A stretch of 64,000 nucleotides of DNA from positions 416,001 through 480,000 of the forward strand of contig CAVOGR010000001.1 of the NCBI GenBank assembly GCA_963695555.1. Reading direction: 5' to 3'. A model generated the notes under the pieces. The model was not told the DNA's origin, searched no databases, and worked only from the letters and a program-made list of their open reading frames with translations. A program made the translations under genes and the position numbers. Below, piece by piece: positions 22,716 to 32,250 of the stretch. This DNA is from an uncultured Gemmatimonadales bacterium. Its GTDB lineage: Bacteria; Gemmatimonadota; Gemmatimonadetes; Gemmatimonadales; GWC2-71-9. Position 1 is the stretch's first letter, and every line of letters starts with the position of its first letter.

Positions 22716-23456
22716 TCATCCCACCCCCGTGTGGTTGGCCGGTGACGGCTCCTGGAAACGCCCTTCGATCCCACCCAGCTCTGCCGCATCGGCCTCCAGC
22801 GGCGACAGCCCGAACGCCCGTGCCATCGAGCCGGCCACGACCGATTCGGTCTCCTGCCACAGTGTGGTCGGACTGTCGCTCCACGCCAGTTCGTGTGCCA
22901 GTGACGTCATCACGACATCCTTGATGCCGCAGGGGACGATCAGGTCGAAGGCGTCGAGCCTCGTGGTCACGTTCAGTGCGAAGCCATGGAAGGTGACCCA
23001 CTGCTTCACGTGGACGCCGATGCTCGCGATCTTGCGGCCCTCGACCCACACTCCGGTCAACCCTTCCACTCGGTCTCCGGCAACGCCAAGGATCTCCAAG
23101 GCGTCGATCAACCCAGCTTCCAAGGTGCGCAGATACCAATGGAGATCGGGCCGGTGTGCCTGGAGATCGAGGATCGGGTAACCCACCAGTTGACCTGGGC
23201 CGTGATAGGTCACATCGCCGCCGCGCTCGACTTCGTGGACGGCGATACCCCGCGCCGCGAGATCAGACGGCGCTGTGGGGAGGCTGTCCGGTTTGGTCCC
23301 GCGTCCGAGCGTCACCACCGGCTGGTGCTCCACCAGGAGCAACAGGTCCTGCCGGAGATGACCCGCGAGGCGGGCTCGACACAGCGCTCGTTGAAGGTGC
23401 AGAACCTGGGCGAAGTCCCGGCGGCCGAGGCGGTAGATCGCGAGCGGCTCAGCCAT
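22716..23456 (-). CDS. lipB: lipoyl(octanoyl) transferase
   Basis: EHQPVVTLG, RGGDVTYHGPGQ, KIASIG, HGFALN, IVPCGI. Confidence 0.95.
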   Translation of the reverse strand: MAEPLAIYRLGRRDFAQVLHLQRALCRARLAGHLRQDLLLLVEHQPVVTLGRGTKPDSLPTAPSDLAARGIAVHEVERGGDVTYHGPGQLVGYPILDLQAHRPDLHWYLRTLEAGLIDALEILGVAGDRVEGLTGVWVEGRKIASIGVHVKQWVTFHGFALNVTTRLDAFDLIVPCGIKDVVMTSLAHELAWSDSPTTLWQETESVVAGSMARAFGLSPLEADAAELGGIEGRFQEPSPANHTGVG

Positions 23457-23907
23457 GGCGCCGTCCCCATCGGGCGACCTGTCGTCCGAAGACGGCGCAT
23501 CCGACACCAGAGAGGACGACCAGTCCGACCAGACCCGGCGGTCCGAGCAGCCGGTGGGCGGGAATCGCGAGCAACATGGCAACGAGTGTCGCGAACGCGC
23601 TGACCATGGCAAGAGTACCACGCCGGTAGGCCGAGCCGATTGGCTGGAGGAGGCTCCAGGTCACACCCGCCGCAGCGGCGGCCCCGAGGAACGTGCCTCC
23701 GACCAGGACCGTGAAGGCCGGTCCGCTCGTATCGGGCACGTCGCTGGGGGGCTTCCCGGCCTGCAGCGTCACCACGACCCAGAGCGACGCGCCGATGATG
23801 GCGATACCCAGCAGAATGGCGAGTCCGAGGGTGGACGCGACCAATCCGACGAGGCCTCGGCCCCTGGGCTCACCCACGGGACCGGCCGGATTCGGGTCAG
23901 TTGGCAT
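23449..23907 (-). CDS. hypothetical membrane protein (about 4 TM)
   Basis: Four hydrophobic segments; overlaps lipB start. Confidence 0.7.
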   Translation of the reverse strand: MPTDPNPAGPVGEPRGRGLVGLVASTLGLAILLGIAIIGASLWVVVTLQAGKPPSDVPDTSGPAFTVLVGGTFLGAAAAAGVTWSLLQPIGSAYRRGTLAMVSAFATLVAMLLAIPAHRLLGPPGLVGLVVLSGVGCAVFGRQVARWGRRHG

Positions 23908-23932
23908 GGGGGGGAAGATAGCGGGGGCGCAA

Positions 23933-23970
23933 ATGCCCCGGCCCTCCCAGTGACGGGAGGGCCGGGGCAT
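23933..23970 (-). terminator. hairpin/terminator downstream of lpdA
   Basis: Perfect 16-bp stem ATGCCCCGGCCCTCCC/GGGAGGGCCGGGGCAT, 6-nt loop, short T run on the minus strand. Confidence 0.7.
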
Positions 23971-23998
23971 GGGTACGGGGTAATCTCTGCCCGTCGCG

Positions 23999-25396
23999 CT
24001 ACATGTGCATGACCCGTCCCATGGAATCGAGGGCCGCTTCGGCGATCGCCTCGGACAGGGTGGGGTGGGCGTGGATGGCGAGGTCCACCTCCTCCACCGT
24101 GTACTCGTTTTCCCGGGCGACGACGAGTTCGTGAATCATCTCGGAGGCATCGCTCCCGACGATGTGTGCCCCGAGTATCTCACCATACTTGGCGCCCCGG
24201 ATGATCTTCACGAATCCCTCCGTGTGCCCCGACGTGCGGGCGCGGCCGTTTGCGCTGAAGGGAAAGCGGCCGACCTGATACGCGAGGCCTTGCTCCTTGC
24301 AGGCATCTTCCGTCAGGCCGATGCTCGCCACCTCGGGATGGCAATACGTGACGCTCGGCACGTTGTCGTAGGTGATGGGCGACGGTGCGTGGCCGGCGAT
24401 GCGCTCCGCTGCATTGACTCCTTCGCGGCTCCCCTTGTGCGCCAACATCGGCGGGCCCGCGACATCCCCGATGGCATATACACCAGGGGCTGTAGTCTCG
24501 AGGGTGTCCCGTGACACCTTGATGAAGCCCTGCTTGGTCAGCTCGACCCCGGCTTCCTTCAAGCCGAGGTCTTCGGTGTTGACCGCCCGCCCGGCAGCCA
24601 TCAGGACCTTTTCCACTTCGATTTCCTGCTGTGTGCCGCCGGCATCGAACGTGAGCGTGACGCTTGTCTTGTGGACGGCCGCCGACCTGACCGACGCGCC
24701 GGCATGCACCGCGATCTTTCGCTTCTTGAAGCTCTTGGTCAGCGCGTCCGAGCAGTCGCCGTCCTCGAGCGGCAGGATGCGCGGCAAGGCCTCGATGAGC
24801 GTGACCGCGGTGCCGAACGCGTTGAAGATGTCGGCAAACTCACATCCGACCGCCCCCGCCCCGACGATGGCCATTGAGGCCGGCGCCTGTTCGAGGAACA
24901 GCGCCTCATCCGAACTGATGATGGTCTTGCCATTGAGGTCGAGGCCGATCTGCGGCAGACCCTTGACCCGAGACCCGGTGGCGAGGACTACCGCTTTGCT
25001 AGCGACGATTTCTTCAGCGCCCACTCGGACCCGCTTTCCGGGCAGGAGGAAGCCGGTGCCGGGGATCACCGTCACCTTGTGCTTCTTCATGAGGAATTCG
25101 ACGCCCTTGGAATTCTGCGTGGACACCTGGCGCGAGCGCTTCATGGCGACACCGAAATCGGTCGTGACGGAGCCGGTGTCGATTCCGAGCGCCTTGGCAT
25201 CGTGCGTGATGGTATTCGCCATCAGCGCGCTGTACAGCAGCGCCTTGGTGGGAATGCATCCGATGTTGACACAAACACCGCCCAGCTTGTCCTTCTCCAC
25301 CACCGCGGTCGAGAGCCCGAGCTGCGACGCTCGAATGGCGCAGACATAACCGGCGGGTCCGCCGCCGAGCACGATCACATCGAACTGTTTGGCCAC
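23999..25396 (-). CDS. lpdA: dihydrolipoyl dehydrogenase (E3)
   Basis: GGGPAG, GGVCVNIGCIPTK, HAHPTLSE. Confidence 0.97.
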   Translation of the reverse strand: MAKQFDVIVLGGGPAGYVCAIRASQLGLSTAVVEKDKLGGVCVNIGCIPTKALLYSALMANTITHDAKALGIDTGSVTTDFGVAMKRSRQVSTQNSKGVEFLMKKHKVTVIPGTGFLLPGKRVRVGAEEIVASKAVVLATGSRVKGLPQIGLDLNGKTIISSDEALFLEQAPASMAIVGAGAVGCEFADIFNAFGTAVTLIEALPRILPLEDGDCSDALTKSFKKRKIAVHAGASVRSAAVHKTSVTLTFDAGGTQQEIEVEKVLMAAGRAVNTEDLGLKEAGVELTKQGFIKVSRDTLETTAPGVYAIGDVAGPPMLAHKGSREGVNAAERIAGHAPSPITYDNVPSVTYCHPEVASIGLTEDACKEQGLAYQVGRFPFSANGRARTSGHTEGFVKIIRGAKYGEILGAHIVGSDASEMIHELVVARENEYTVEEVDLAIHAHPTLSEAIAEAALDSMGRVMHM

Positions 25397-25521
25397 GGGT
25401 ATCCCTCGCGTAGAATACGGTACTCATCCTACCCCAACACACCTGCCGCTCCCAACCCTGTCCGCTGCTGAAGCCGCGACTCGGCATCTGTCGCTGAAGC
25501 GACTCGACACCCCCTCACGCA

Positions 25522-25542
25522 CTACTCCCTACTCCCTACTCC
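25522..25542. repeat. heptamer tandem repeat (CTACTCC)x3
   Basis: Three exact copies immediately downstream of the pdhC stop. Confidence 0.8.
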
Positions 25543-25545
25543 CTC

Positions 25546-26793
25546 TCACCACACCATCGCCAGCGGATTCTCCAGCAGCACGGTCAGGGTCTGGAGAAAT
25601 TGAGCTCCGGTTGCGCCATCGATCACGCGATGATCGCACGACATCGTCACGCGCATGCGCCGGCCGACCGCCACCTGGCCCGCCACGACCACCGGCTTCT
25701 CGATGATACTTCCCACGGCCAGAATCCCGCCTTCGGGCGGGTTGATCACCGCCGTGAACTGGTCGATGTCGAACATGCCGAGGTTCGAAACGGAGAATGT
25801 GGCGCCGGTATACTCCTCGGGGGTGAGCTTCCTGGCGCGGGCACGATCGGCTAAGTCTCGCGTTTCGCTCGAGATCTCGCGCAGCGACTTGTGATCCGCA
25901 TGGCGGATGACCGGCGTGATCAGCCCATCTTCCACAGCGACCGCCACCCCGACATGGACTTCGTGCCACAGCCGGATATGGTCGCCTTGCCACCACGCGT
26001 TGCACGACGGATGCTGACGCAGGGCCAAGGCGGTGGCCTTGAGGATGATGTCGTTGAACGAAACCTTGCCCTCGGGGCCAAGCGCTTTGAGCGCCTCCCG
26101 AGCCTCCCAGGCCCGGTCCATCTCGACTTCCGTCGTGAGGTAGAACGTCGGGATGGGACCGATCGATTGTGCCAACCGGGTGGCGATGGCCTTCCGGATC
26201 ATGGTGAGCGGCACATCGGTGAACCCGGCGCTGGGATACGCGGCCTTTGCGCCTGGTGTCGCCGCCGGCTGGCGGTCCAGATCTCGCTTGACGATTCGCC
26301 CCTCGGGGCCTGAGCCCCGTATGGCAGCGAGGTCGAGCCCTCGTTCGGTCGCGATGCGGCGCGCCAGTGGCGAGGCCTTGATCCGCTGGCCGGGCGCCGC
26401 CATCGGTGGGCTGACAGGCGCGCGGGTCTCGGGAGCGGGAGAAACCTCGGCCTGCGGCATCGGCGCAGGAGGAGGAGCGGCAGGGGCGACGGCTTCGGGT
26501 TGCTTCGGCGGTGGCTTGGGCCCGGCGCCGTCCACGAGTGCCGCGATATCCTCGCCCGGCTCGCCGATGATGCCCACCAGGTCGGCGACCGGCACGGTGG
26601 TGCCGGCCGCGATCACCTGTTTCAACAGCACGCCGTCGGCGCGCGCGACCAATTCCATCACGGCCTTGTCCGTTTCGACCTCCGCGAGGACGTCCCCCGT
26701 GGTGACCGACTCGCCTTCCCGCTTCTTCCATTCGACGAGGCGTCCCTCTTCCATCGTGGGCGAGAGCGCCTCCATGACGATTTTGGTAGCCAT
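25546..26793 (-). CDS. pdhC: pyruvate dehydrogenase E2 dihydrolipoamide acetyltransferase
   Basis: Lipoyl domain ETDKA, E3-binding ASPLARR...GSGPEGRI, DHRVIDG. Confidence 0.95.
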   Translation of the reverse strand: MATKIVMEALSPTMEEGRLVEWKKREGESVTTGDVLAEVETDKAVMELVARADGVLLKQVIAAGTTVPVADLVGIIGEPGEDIAALVDGAGPKPPPKQPEAVAPAAPPPAPMPQAEVSPAPETRAPVSPPMAAPGQRIKASPLARRIATERGLDLAAIRGSGPEGRIVKRDLDRQPAATPGAKAAYPSAGFTDVPLTMIRKAIATRLAQSIGPIPTFYLTTEVEMDRAWEAREALKALGPEGKVSFNDIILKATALALRQHPSCNAWWQGDHIRLWHEVHVGVAVAVEDGLITPVIRHADHKSLREISSETRDLADRARARKLTPEEYTGATFSVSNLGMFDIDQFTAVINPPEGGILAVGSIIEKPVVVAGQVAVGRRMRVTMSCDHRVIDGATGAQFLQTLTVLLENPLAMVW

Positions 26794-26795
26794 GG

Positions 26796-27776
26796 CTATT
26801 CGCGGTAGAGGACGGTCTTGACCGCCGCGACGACCTGTGCCGGGTCGGCCTTCGCTGCCCGCTCGAGGGCCTTGTTGTATGGCATGGGGACGTCGGCTCC
26901 CGTGACGCGCAAGAGCGGGGCGTCGAGGTGATCGAAGGCCTCGCGCTGGATGGTGTCCACCACCTGGGCGCCCACGCCGGCGAAGGGCCATCCCTCTTCG
27001 ACCACCACGCAGCGGTTGGTTTTGACGACCGACCGCAGCACGGTTTCGGTATCCATCGGCCGGATGGTGCGAAGATCGACGACTTCCGCCGAGATGTTCT
27101 CCTCGGCCAGCTGCTCGGCAGCCTTGAGAGCCACGCCAACCGTCTTCGAGTGGCAGACCAGGGTCACGTCGTCTCCGGCGCGCTTGATATCCGCCACGCC
27201 GATCGGGATGGTGTAGTCTCCATCCGGGACGTCGCCTTTCAGGTTGTAGAGCATCTCCCCTTCGATGAACACGACGGGATCGTCGTCCCGGATGGCGCTC
27301 TTCAACAAGCCTTTGGCGTCGGCCGGCGTTGCTGGCATGACGACCTTGAGCCCGGGAATGTGGGCATACCAGGATTCGAATGCCTGGGAATGCTGAGCGG
27401 CGAGCTGGAGTGCGGCACCGCCCGGGCCCCGAAACACGATCGGCACCCCCACTTGGCCACCGGACATGTACCGCATCTTGGCGGCGCTGTTCACGATCTG
27501 GTCGATGGCGAGCAAGGCGAAATTGAACGTCATCATCTCGATGACCGGCCGGAGCCCGACCATGGCGGCTCCAACTCCGACGCCGGCGAAGCCGAGTTCG
27601 GCGATCGGTGTGTCCACCACACGCATGGACCCGAATTCTTTGAGCAGCCCGCGGGATACCTTGTACGCGCCGTCGTACTCCGCCACTTCTTCTCCCATGA
27701 GGAAGACGCGATCATCGCGCTGCATCTCCTCGCGGAGTGCTTGGTTGAGGGCGTCGCGGTAGGTCAACGTCTGCAT
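26796..27776 (-). CDS. pdhB: pyruvate dehydrogenase E1 beta subunit
   Basis: [28 protein letters not shown]. Confidence 0.96.
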   Translation of the reverse strand: MQTLTYRDALNQALREEMQRDDRVFLMGEEVAEYDGAYKVSRGLLKEFGSMRVVDTPIAELGFAGVGVGAAMVGLRPVIEMMTFNFALLAIDQIVNSAAKMRYMSGGQVGVPIVFRGPGGAALQLAAQHSQAFESWYAHIPGLKVVMPATPADAKGLLKSAIRDDDPVVFIEGEMLYNLKGDVPDGDYTIPIGVADIKRAGDDVTLVCHSKTVGVALKAAEQLAEENISAEVVDLRTIRPMDTETVLRSVVKTNRCVVVEEGWPFAGVGAQVVDTIQREAFDHLDAPLLRVTGADVPMPYNKALERAAKADPAQVVAAVKTVLYRE

Positions 27777-28795
27777 CACGCGGGCTCGGCGTAGACGTCG
27801 GTGTACAGGGCGCTCGGGTCGGGGTCGGGTGCCGAATCGGCAAAGGCGATCGCATCGTCGATTTCCGCCACCACCTCGGCATCCAGCGCCGTGAACTCCT
27901 CGTCGGTGATGAAGCCTTCCGTCGTCATGTATGCGTGCAGCACGCCGATCGGATCGCGTTGGCGGTATTCTTCGACCTCTTCCTTGGTGCGATAGGTCCC
28001 GTGCGCGGCATCCGACATGGAATGCCCCACGTACCGGTAGGTCCGCGCTTCGAGCAGGCTTGGCCCCACGCCGCGACGCGCTCGCTCGACCGCCCGGTCC
28101 ATGGCATCCTTCACGGCACGCATATCCTGCCCATCGACCACTTCGGTTTCCATCGCGTAGGAGTACGCACGGTGCGAGATATCCATAATGGCGCTGGCAC
28201 GCGCCAGGGCCGTGCCCATGCCGTATCCGTTGTTCTCGACCACGAACACGGCCGGGAGTTTCCAGAGCGATGCCATGTTCAGCGATTCGTGGAACGAGCC
28301 GATGTTGACCGCTGCCTCGCCGAAGAGGCACACGCTCACCTGGTCGGTCTTGCGGTACTTGCATGCGAAGGCGATGCCCGCCGCGATGGGAATGTGGCCG
28401 CCGACGATGCCGTGCCCACCGAGGAGCCGGCGCTCGGCATCGAAGAGATGCATCGACCCACCCTTGCCGCCTGACCCTCCTGCCGCCTTGCCGAACAACT
28501 CGGCCATCACTGCACGCGGCGTCATCCCGCGCGCCAGGGCATGCCCGTGGTCGCGGTAGGAAACGGTGATGTAGTCGTCATCGCGCAGCGCGGCCATGCA
28601 GCCCACGGCGACCGCCTCTTGGCCGATATAGAGATGAAGGAACCCGCCGATCTTTCCGAGCGTATAGGCTTCGCCCGCCTTCTCCTCGAAATGTCGGATC
28701 ACCAACATTTGCCGGAGCCAGGACCGGCACTCCTCCGCCGTGACACGGGCTCCTGCCTTTGGCTTCTCTTGCTTGCGCGCCGTCGTCCGTGCCAT
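27776..28795 (-). CDS. pdhA: pyruvate dehydrogenase E1 alpha subunit
   Basis: [28 protein letters not shown]. Confidence 0.96.
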   Translation of the reverse strand: MARTTARKQEKPKAGARVTAEECRSWLRQMLVIRHFEEKAGEAYTLGKIGGFLHLYIGQEAVAVGCMAALRDDDYITVSYRDHGHALARGMTPRAVMAELFGKAAGGSGGKGGSMHLFDAERRLLGGHGIVGGHIPIAAGIAFACKYRKTDQVSVCLFGEAAVNIGSFHESLNMASLWKLPAVFVVENNGYGMGTALARASAIMDISHRAYSYAMETEVVDGQDMRAVKDAMDRAVERARRGVGPSLLEARTYRYVGHSMSDAAHGTYRTKEEVEEYRQRDPIGVLHAYMTTEGFITDEEFTALDAEVVAEIDDAIAFADSAPDPDPSALYTDVYAEPA

Positions 28796-29716
28796 TCAGC
28801 CGACCTTCGCCTTGGCCTTGTCGACCTGTTCCCACGCGTGATAGGACGAGCGGGTCAGGGGGCTTGCCTCGACATGCCGGAAGCCGATGCTATGCCCGAT
28901 GTCTCGCAGCTCGGCGAATTCGTCCGGCGTGTAGTATCGGGCGATCGGCAAGTGCCCATCGGACGGCCTGAGATACTGCCCGAGAGTGAGGATGTTGACA
29001 TCACTCCGCCGGAGATCGTGCATGCAGGTCACGACCTCGTCCCATTCCTCGCCCATGCCCAGGATGATGCCCGACTTGGTCAGCGCGTCGGGCCCTCCCA
29101 TGCGACGCGCCGATTCGAGCAGGGTGAGGGCGCGCCGGTAATTGCCGCCCGGGCGGGCAAGGCGGTAGAGGCGCTCGGCGGTCTCGAGATTGTGGTTGAG
29201 AATATCCGGTGCTGCATCCATGACGATCTGGAGCGCACGCTCGGATCCTTTGAAATCGGGAATGAGAACCTCGACCGAGGCCTCCGGCAGCCGTGCCCGA
29301 ATCTCACGCACGCATGCGGCAAAGGCCTCGGCGCCGCCGTTGGGCAGATCGTCACGATCGACCGATGTGATGACGACGTGCTGTAACCCCATTGCGGCCA
29401 CGGCCTCCGCCAGCCGAGCGGGCTCGGCCGCGTCGAACGGCGCCGGTGTTCCGTGCGCTACCGCGCAGTACGCGCAATTCCGGGTGCAGACGTCGCCCAG
29501 AATCATGAACGTCGCCGCCTTGTGCTCCCAGCATTCCCCGATGTTGGGACAGCGCGCTTCCTCGCAGACCGTATGTAACTGGTGCTCGCGCATGAGCGCC
29601 TTGATGTCGGCGTAGTTGCGGCCGCCGGGCGCTTTCACCTTGAGCCAGCCCGGCTTGCGTGGCGGGCTGCTCGAGGGTTGCGGTACGCGGGTCAGGTGAA
29701 CCAGCGGAAGCGCCAC
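28796..29716 (-). CDS. lipA: lipoyl synthase
   Basis: CEEARCPNIGEC and CTRNCAYC clusters; RSSYHA. Confidence 0.97.
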   Translation of the reverse strand: MALPLVHLTRVPQPSSSPPRKPGWLKVKAPGGRNYADIKALMREHQLHTVCEEARCPNIGECWEHKAATFMILGDVCTRNCAYCAVAHGTPAPFDAAEPARLAEAVAAMGLQHVVITSVDRDDLPNGGAEAFAACVREIRARLPEASVEVLIPDFKGSERALQIVMDAAPDILNHNLETAERLYRLARPGGNYRRALTLLESARRMGGPDALTKSGIILGMGEEWDEVVTCMHDLRRSDVNILTLGQYLRPSDGHLPIARYYTPDEFAELRDIGHSIGFRHVEASPLTRSSYHAWEQVDKAKAKVG

Positions 29717-29792
29717 TGCAGTGAACCTCCGGGGTGGCGGGTGAGGGCAATCCGGTCGGGCAAGATAGCCGTCCCGTCAGAGGGGCGGAAGG

Positions 29793-30977
29793 TTATGGCT
29801 CGGCCAGGAGCCGCTCGACCGTCGCGTGAAATTCCTGCACCAAGCGGGTGTGCTGCGCCCCGGTCGCCGGGCCGTAGAACCCGGCGTGCACCTGGCGTAC
29901 CTTCCCGTCACGACCCAGGAAGATTGCGGTCGGGAACGCGGTGAATCCGCGCAACTGCGGCAGCGATTCGGCGGCGAGCTCGGTATCGTTGATGCCGGCG
30001 AGCAGGATCGGGAACGTGATGCCGAACTTGTCGCGATAGCGTTCGACCAGCGCCCCGTCGATTGCGGGGTCTCCGGTTACCTCATACGCCAATCCCACGA
30101 TCTCGAGCCCGCGATCGTGGTAGGTATCGTAGAGCTCCTGCAGCAGCGGGGCGGCGTCGTGACAGGTCGGGCACCAGGTGCCCAAGACATCGACCAGCAC
30201 GACCTTGTGCCGGAACCGCTCATCGGTGTTCGACACGATTCGACCGGAGATGTCGGGGAACGAAAACGTGAACGGTGCCGTGGTGTCGGCCGCCGTCACC
30301 TCGGTCGGCGGTGTCAGGTGCGGTGTGCTTCCGGATCGGATCGCCGTCCACGGCGTCTGAGTACGGAGCCCGGCGTGAAAGATCCCCCGAAGGGTATCGC
30401 CGGTGACACGGCCGGTGAGCATGTACACGAACGACCCGTCGAAGTGCGACATTGCGAAGCTGTCCGCATCGACCATTCCCCAAAAGAGCCCGTAGTCGCC
30501 CGAGTTCGAGATGATCGTTCCCTCGAGACCGGTGGCTGCATCACGGAACTCGAATACCCGCGGACTCTCGCGGCCGTCAGCCCGGTAGGTTGCGTCCCAC
30601 CGGCCGACCAGCTCCGCCGGCGGCTGTGTCACCGGCCACGTGCCGGGTGACGCGCGAAACGGGATCGTCCGCGGGCCCCGGCTGCCCACGTTGTGGTAGG
30701 CGCCGATGAGCGAGTCTCCGCGGCGAACGGCCGTGATGGCGGCGGCGTAGTCGGCGATTTCGAATCGCACCGTGTCGCCCCGTACCAGAACGCCCGAGAG
30801 CAGGTTGCAGTTCGATCCGTTGCACAGCTCGCCTTCGTAGCCAGCGTCTGCCCGCTCGATCCGGAGCGAAAAGCGGAGCGGCCCGCCCGCCAGATCCAAG
30901 GCCGCCCGCCAGGAGCCTTCCCAGGCCGGCCCCGCGGATGTCCAGAGGGCAATGACGGACAAGAGCGCCTGGATCAT
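29793..30977 (-). CDS. TlpA family disulfide reductase with N-terminal beta domains
   Basis: Signal peptide; GTWCPTC; AFPTAIFLGRDG. Confidence 0.87.
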   Translation of the reverse strand: MIQALLSVIALWTSAGPAWEGSWRAALDLAGGPLRFSLRIERADAGYEGELCNGSNCNLLSGVLVRGDTVRFEIADYAAAITAVRRGDSLIGAYHNVGSRGPRTIPFRASPGTWPVTQPPAELVGRWDATYRADGRESPRVFEFRDAATGLEGTIISNSGDYGLFWGMVDADSFAMSHFDGSFVYMLTGRVTGDTLRGIFHAGLRTQTPWTAIRSGSTPHLTPPTEVTAADTTAPFTFSFPDISGRIVSNTDERFRHKVVLVDVLGTWCPTCHDAAPLLQELYDTYHDRGLEIVGLAYEVTGDPAIDGALVERYRDKFGITFPILLAGINDTELAAESLPQLRGFTAFPTAIFLGRDGKVRQVHAGFYGPATGAQHTRLVQEFHATVERLLAEP

Positions 30978-31846
30978 GGGGCGTTTGGTGGTGACAGCTG
31001 GAGTCCGCCTCCGGAGTAACGCTCGCCCGCGGTTACGGCAGCCGGTATGGCGTTTCCCGACCACGGGATGGGGCACGGGTAGACCGAGCTGTACGCGCAG
31101 AAAGGATTCCGAGCCCGATTGAAGTCCAGGATGTAGCGGCCGTCGTTCGTGGGCTGCAGCGAGATGAAGCGACCTGCGGGATACGTGCCCTGGTCGTTGG
31201 TCTCGTCTCGGAAGTAAATCTCCAACTCGGATTCCTCGGTTCCCGGGTCGGGCACCCGTCGAACCGTGAGATCGGTGCCACCAGGCCCAAGTGGCACCCG
31301 GAAGGTGCCGGCCTCCGCGGCCTCCACTTCCACCCCGTCCACGGCCAGCACGCGAACTGCCCGCGCCTTCGCCGGCGGCGCGAGGGTGCCAGTGAACACC
31401 AGGCTCGAATCGTATGGGTAATAGGAAAGCGGCTTGGGCTTGGTCGTCGAATCGTAGACGGTCACGACCGTGCGGCCTCGGGCGCCGCTCAACACCATCC
31501 GGTAGGCGCCAAGCGCCACGAGGCGGTTCCGTGGCAGGGAACGGCGTCCGGCCGGTCCTCGGAGTCTCACCACCCGTCCGTCTTCCAGCGTGTGCGCCTC
31601 GAGCCCAGGCAGAGGTACGTCGCTCTCGGCGGGTCCGAGCACCACCTGCCGGTCGAGCCGGAACTGCGCCAGGGCCGCCATGGGCGAGTTGGGAGCGGTC
31701 TCCACCCACGCCTGGTAGGCAGCCCGTTCCCGTTCCACCGTCACGCGAGCCTGCGCCCCGACATTGTCTCCGCCGGCAAGCCACGCCGACAGACAAAGGG
31801 CAGCGGTAAGCGTCAGCCTGCCGACGTCCCCCCGACCGGCCGGCAT
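30974..31846 (-). CDS. DUF1684 domain protein
   Basis: FRDETN..TYPAGRF, LDFNRARNPFCAYS.VYPCP; start uncertain (31846-31882). Confidence 0.85.
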   Translation of the reverse strand: MPAGRGDVGRLTLTAALCLSAWLAGGDNVGAQARVTVERERAAYQAWVETAPNSPMAALAQFRLDRQVVLGPAESDVPLPGLEAHTLEDGRVVRLRGPAGRRSLPRNRLVALGAYRMVLSGARGRTVVTVYDSTTKPKPLSYYPYDSSLVFTGTLAPPAKARAVRVLAVDGVEVEAAEAGTFRVPLGPGGTDLTVRRVPDPGTEESELEIYFRDETNDQGTYPAGRFISLQPTNDGRYILDFNRARNPFCAYSSVYPCPIPWSGNAIPAAVTAGERYSGGGLQLSPPNAP

Positions 31847-31872
31847 CGTATCTATGGTCATAGGTTGTTTAT

Positions 31873-31920
31873 TATCAATCATTTACAGATAAACGAAACT
31901 TTTTGAAACGTTGAGCCGTA
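31873..31920 (+). promoter_or_regulatory. IHF-like site and ECF-sigma-type promoter
   Basis: TATCAATCATTTA (31873-31885) fits WATCAANNNNTTR; GAAAC-17 nt-CGTA at 31895-31920. Confidence 0.5.
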
Positions 31921-31955
31921 CTGCGGATCGACGGCATACCTCGGAGGAAGATACC

Positions 31956-32171
31956 ATGTTACGGAATCTGGTCGGATACGCGGTGTTCGCAGTGGTCGCG
32001 CTGTTTCTCGTCAAGGTCGCGTTCGGGCTCCTGGGCATCGTGTGGAGCCTCTTCTGGACCGTGGTCGTGTTCGCGGCCATCGGGTTCGTATTCTACTTGA
32101 TTCTCCGGTTGATCAGCCCGCGGAGCGCGGACAAGGTCGAGGACATGATCAAGGGCAAGAAATCCGCCTGA
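31956..32171 (+). CDS. small membrane protein (71 aa)
   Basis: GGAGG RBS; hydrophobic body with a basic tail; followed by a hairpin. Confidence 0.8.
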   Translation: MLRNLVGYAVFAVVALFLVKVAFGLLGIVWSLFWTVVVFAAIGFVFYLILRLISPRSADKVEDMIKGKKSA

Positions 32172-32190
32172 AGAAACCGACTCCGAGGCA

Positions 32191-32222
32191 CGAGCGCCCG
32201 CACGGTTCCGTGCGGGCGCTCG
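32191..32222. terminator. hairpin between convergent genes
   Basis: CGAGCGCCCGCACGG-TT-CCGTGCGGGCGCTCG perfect inverted repeat; no clear U tract. Confidence 0.6.
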
Positions 32223-32250
32223 CTGCAGCAATCTGGCGACCAGTGCTGCC

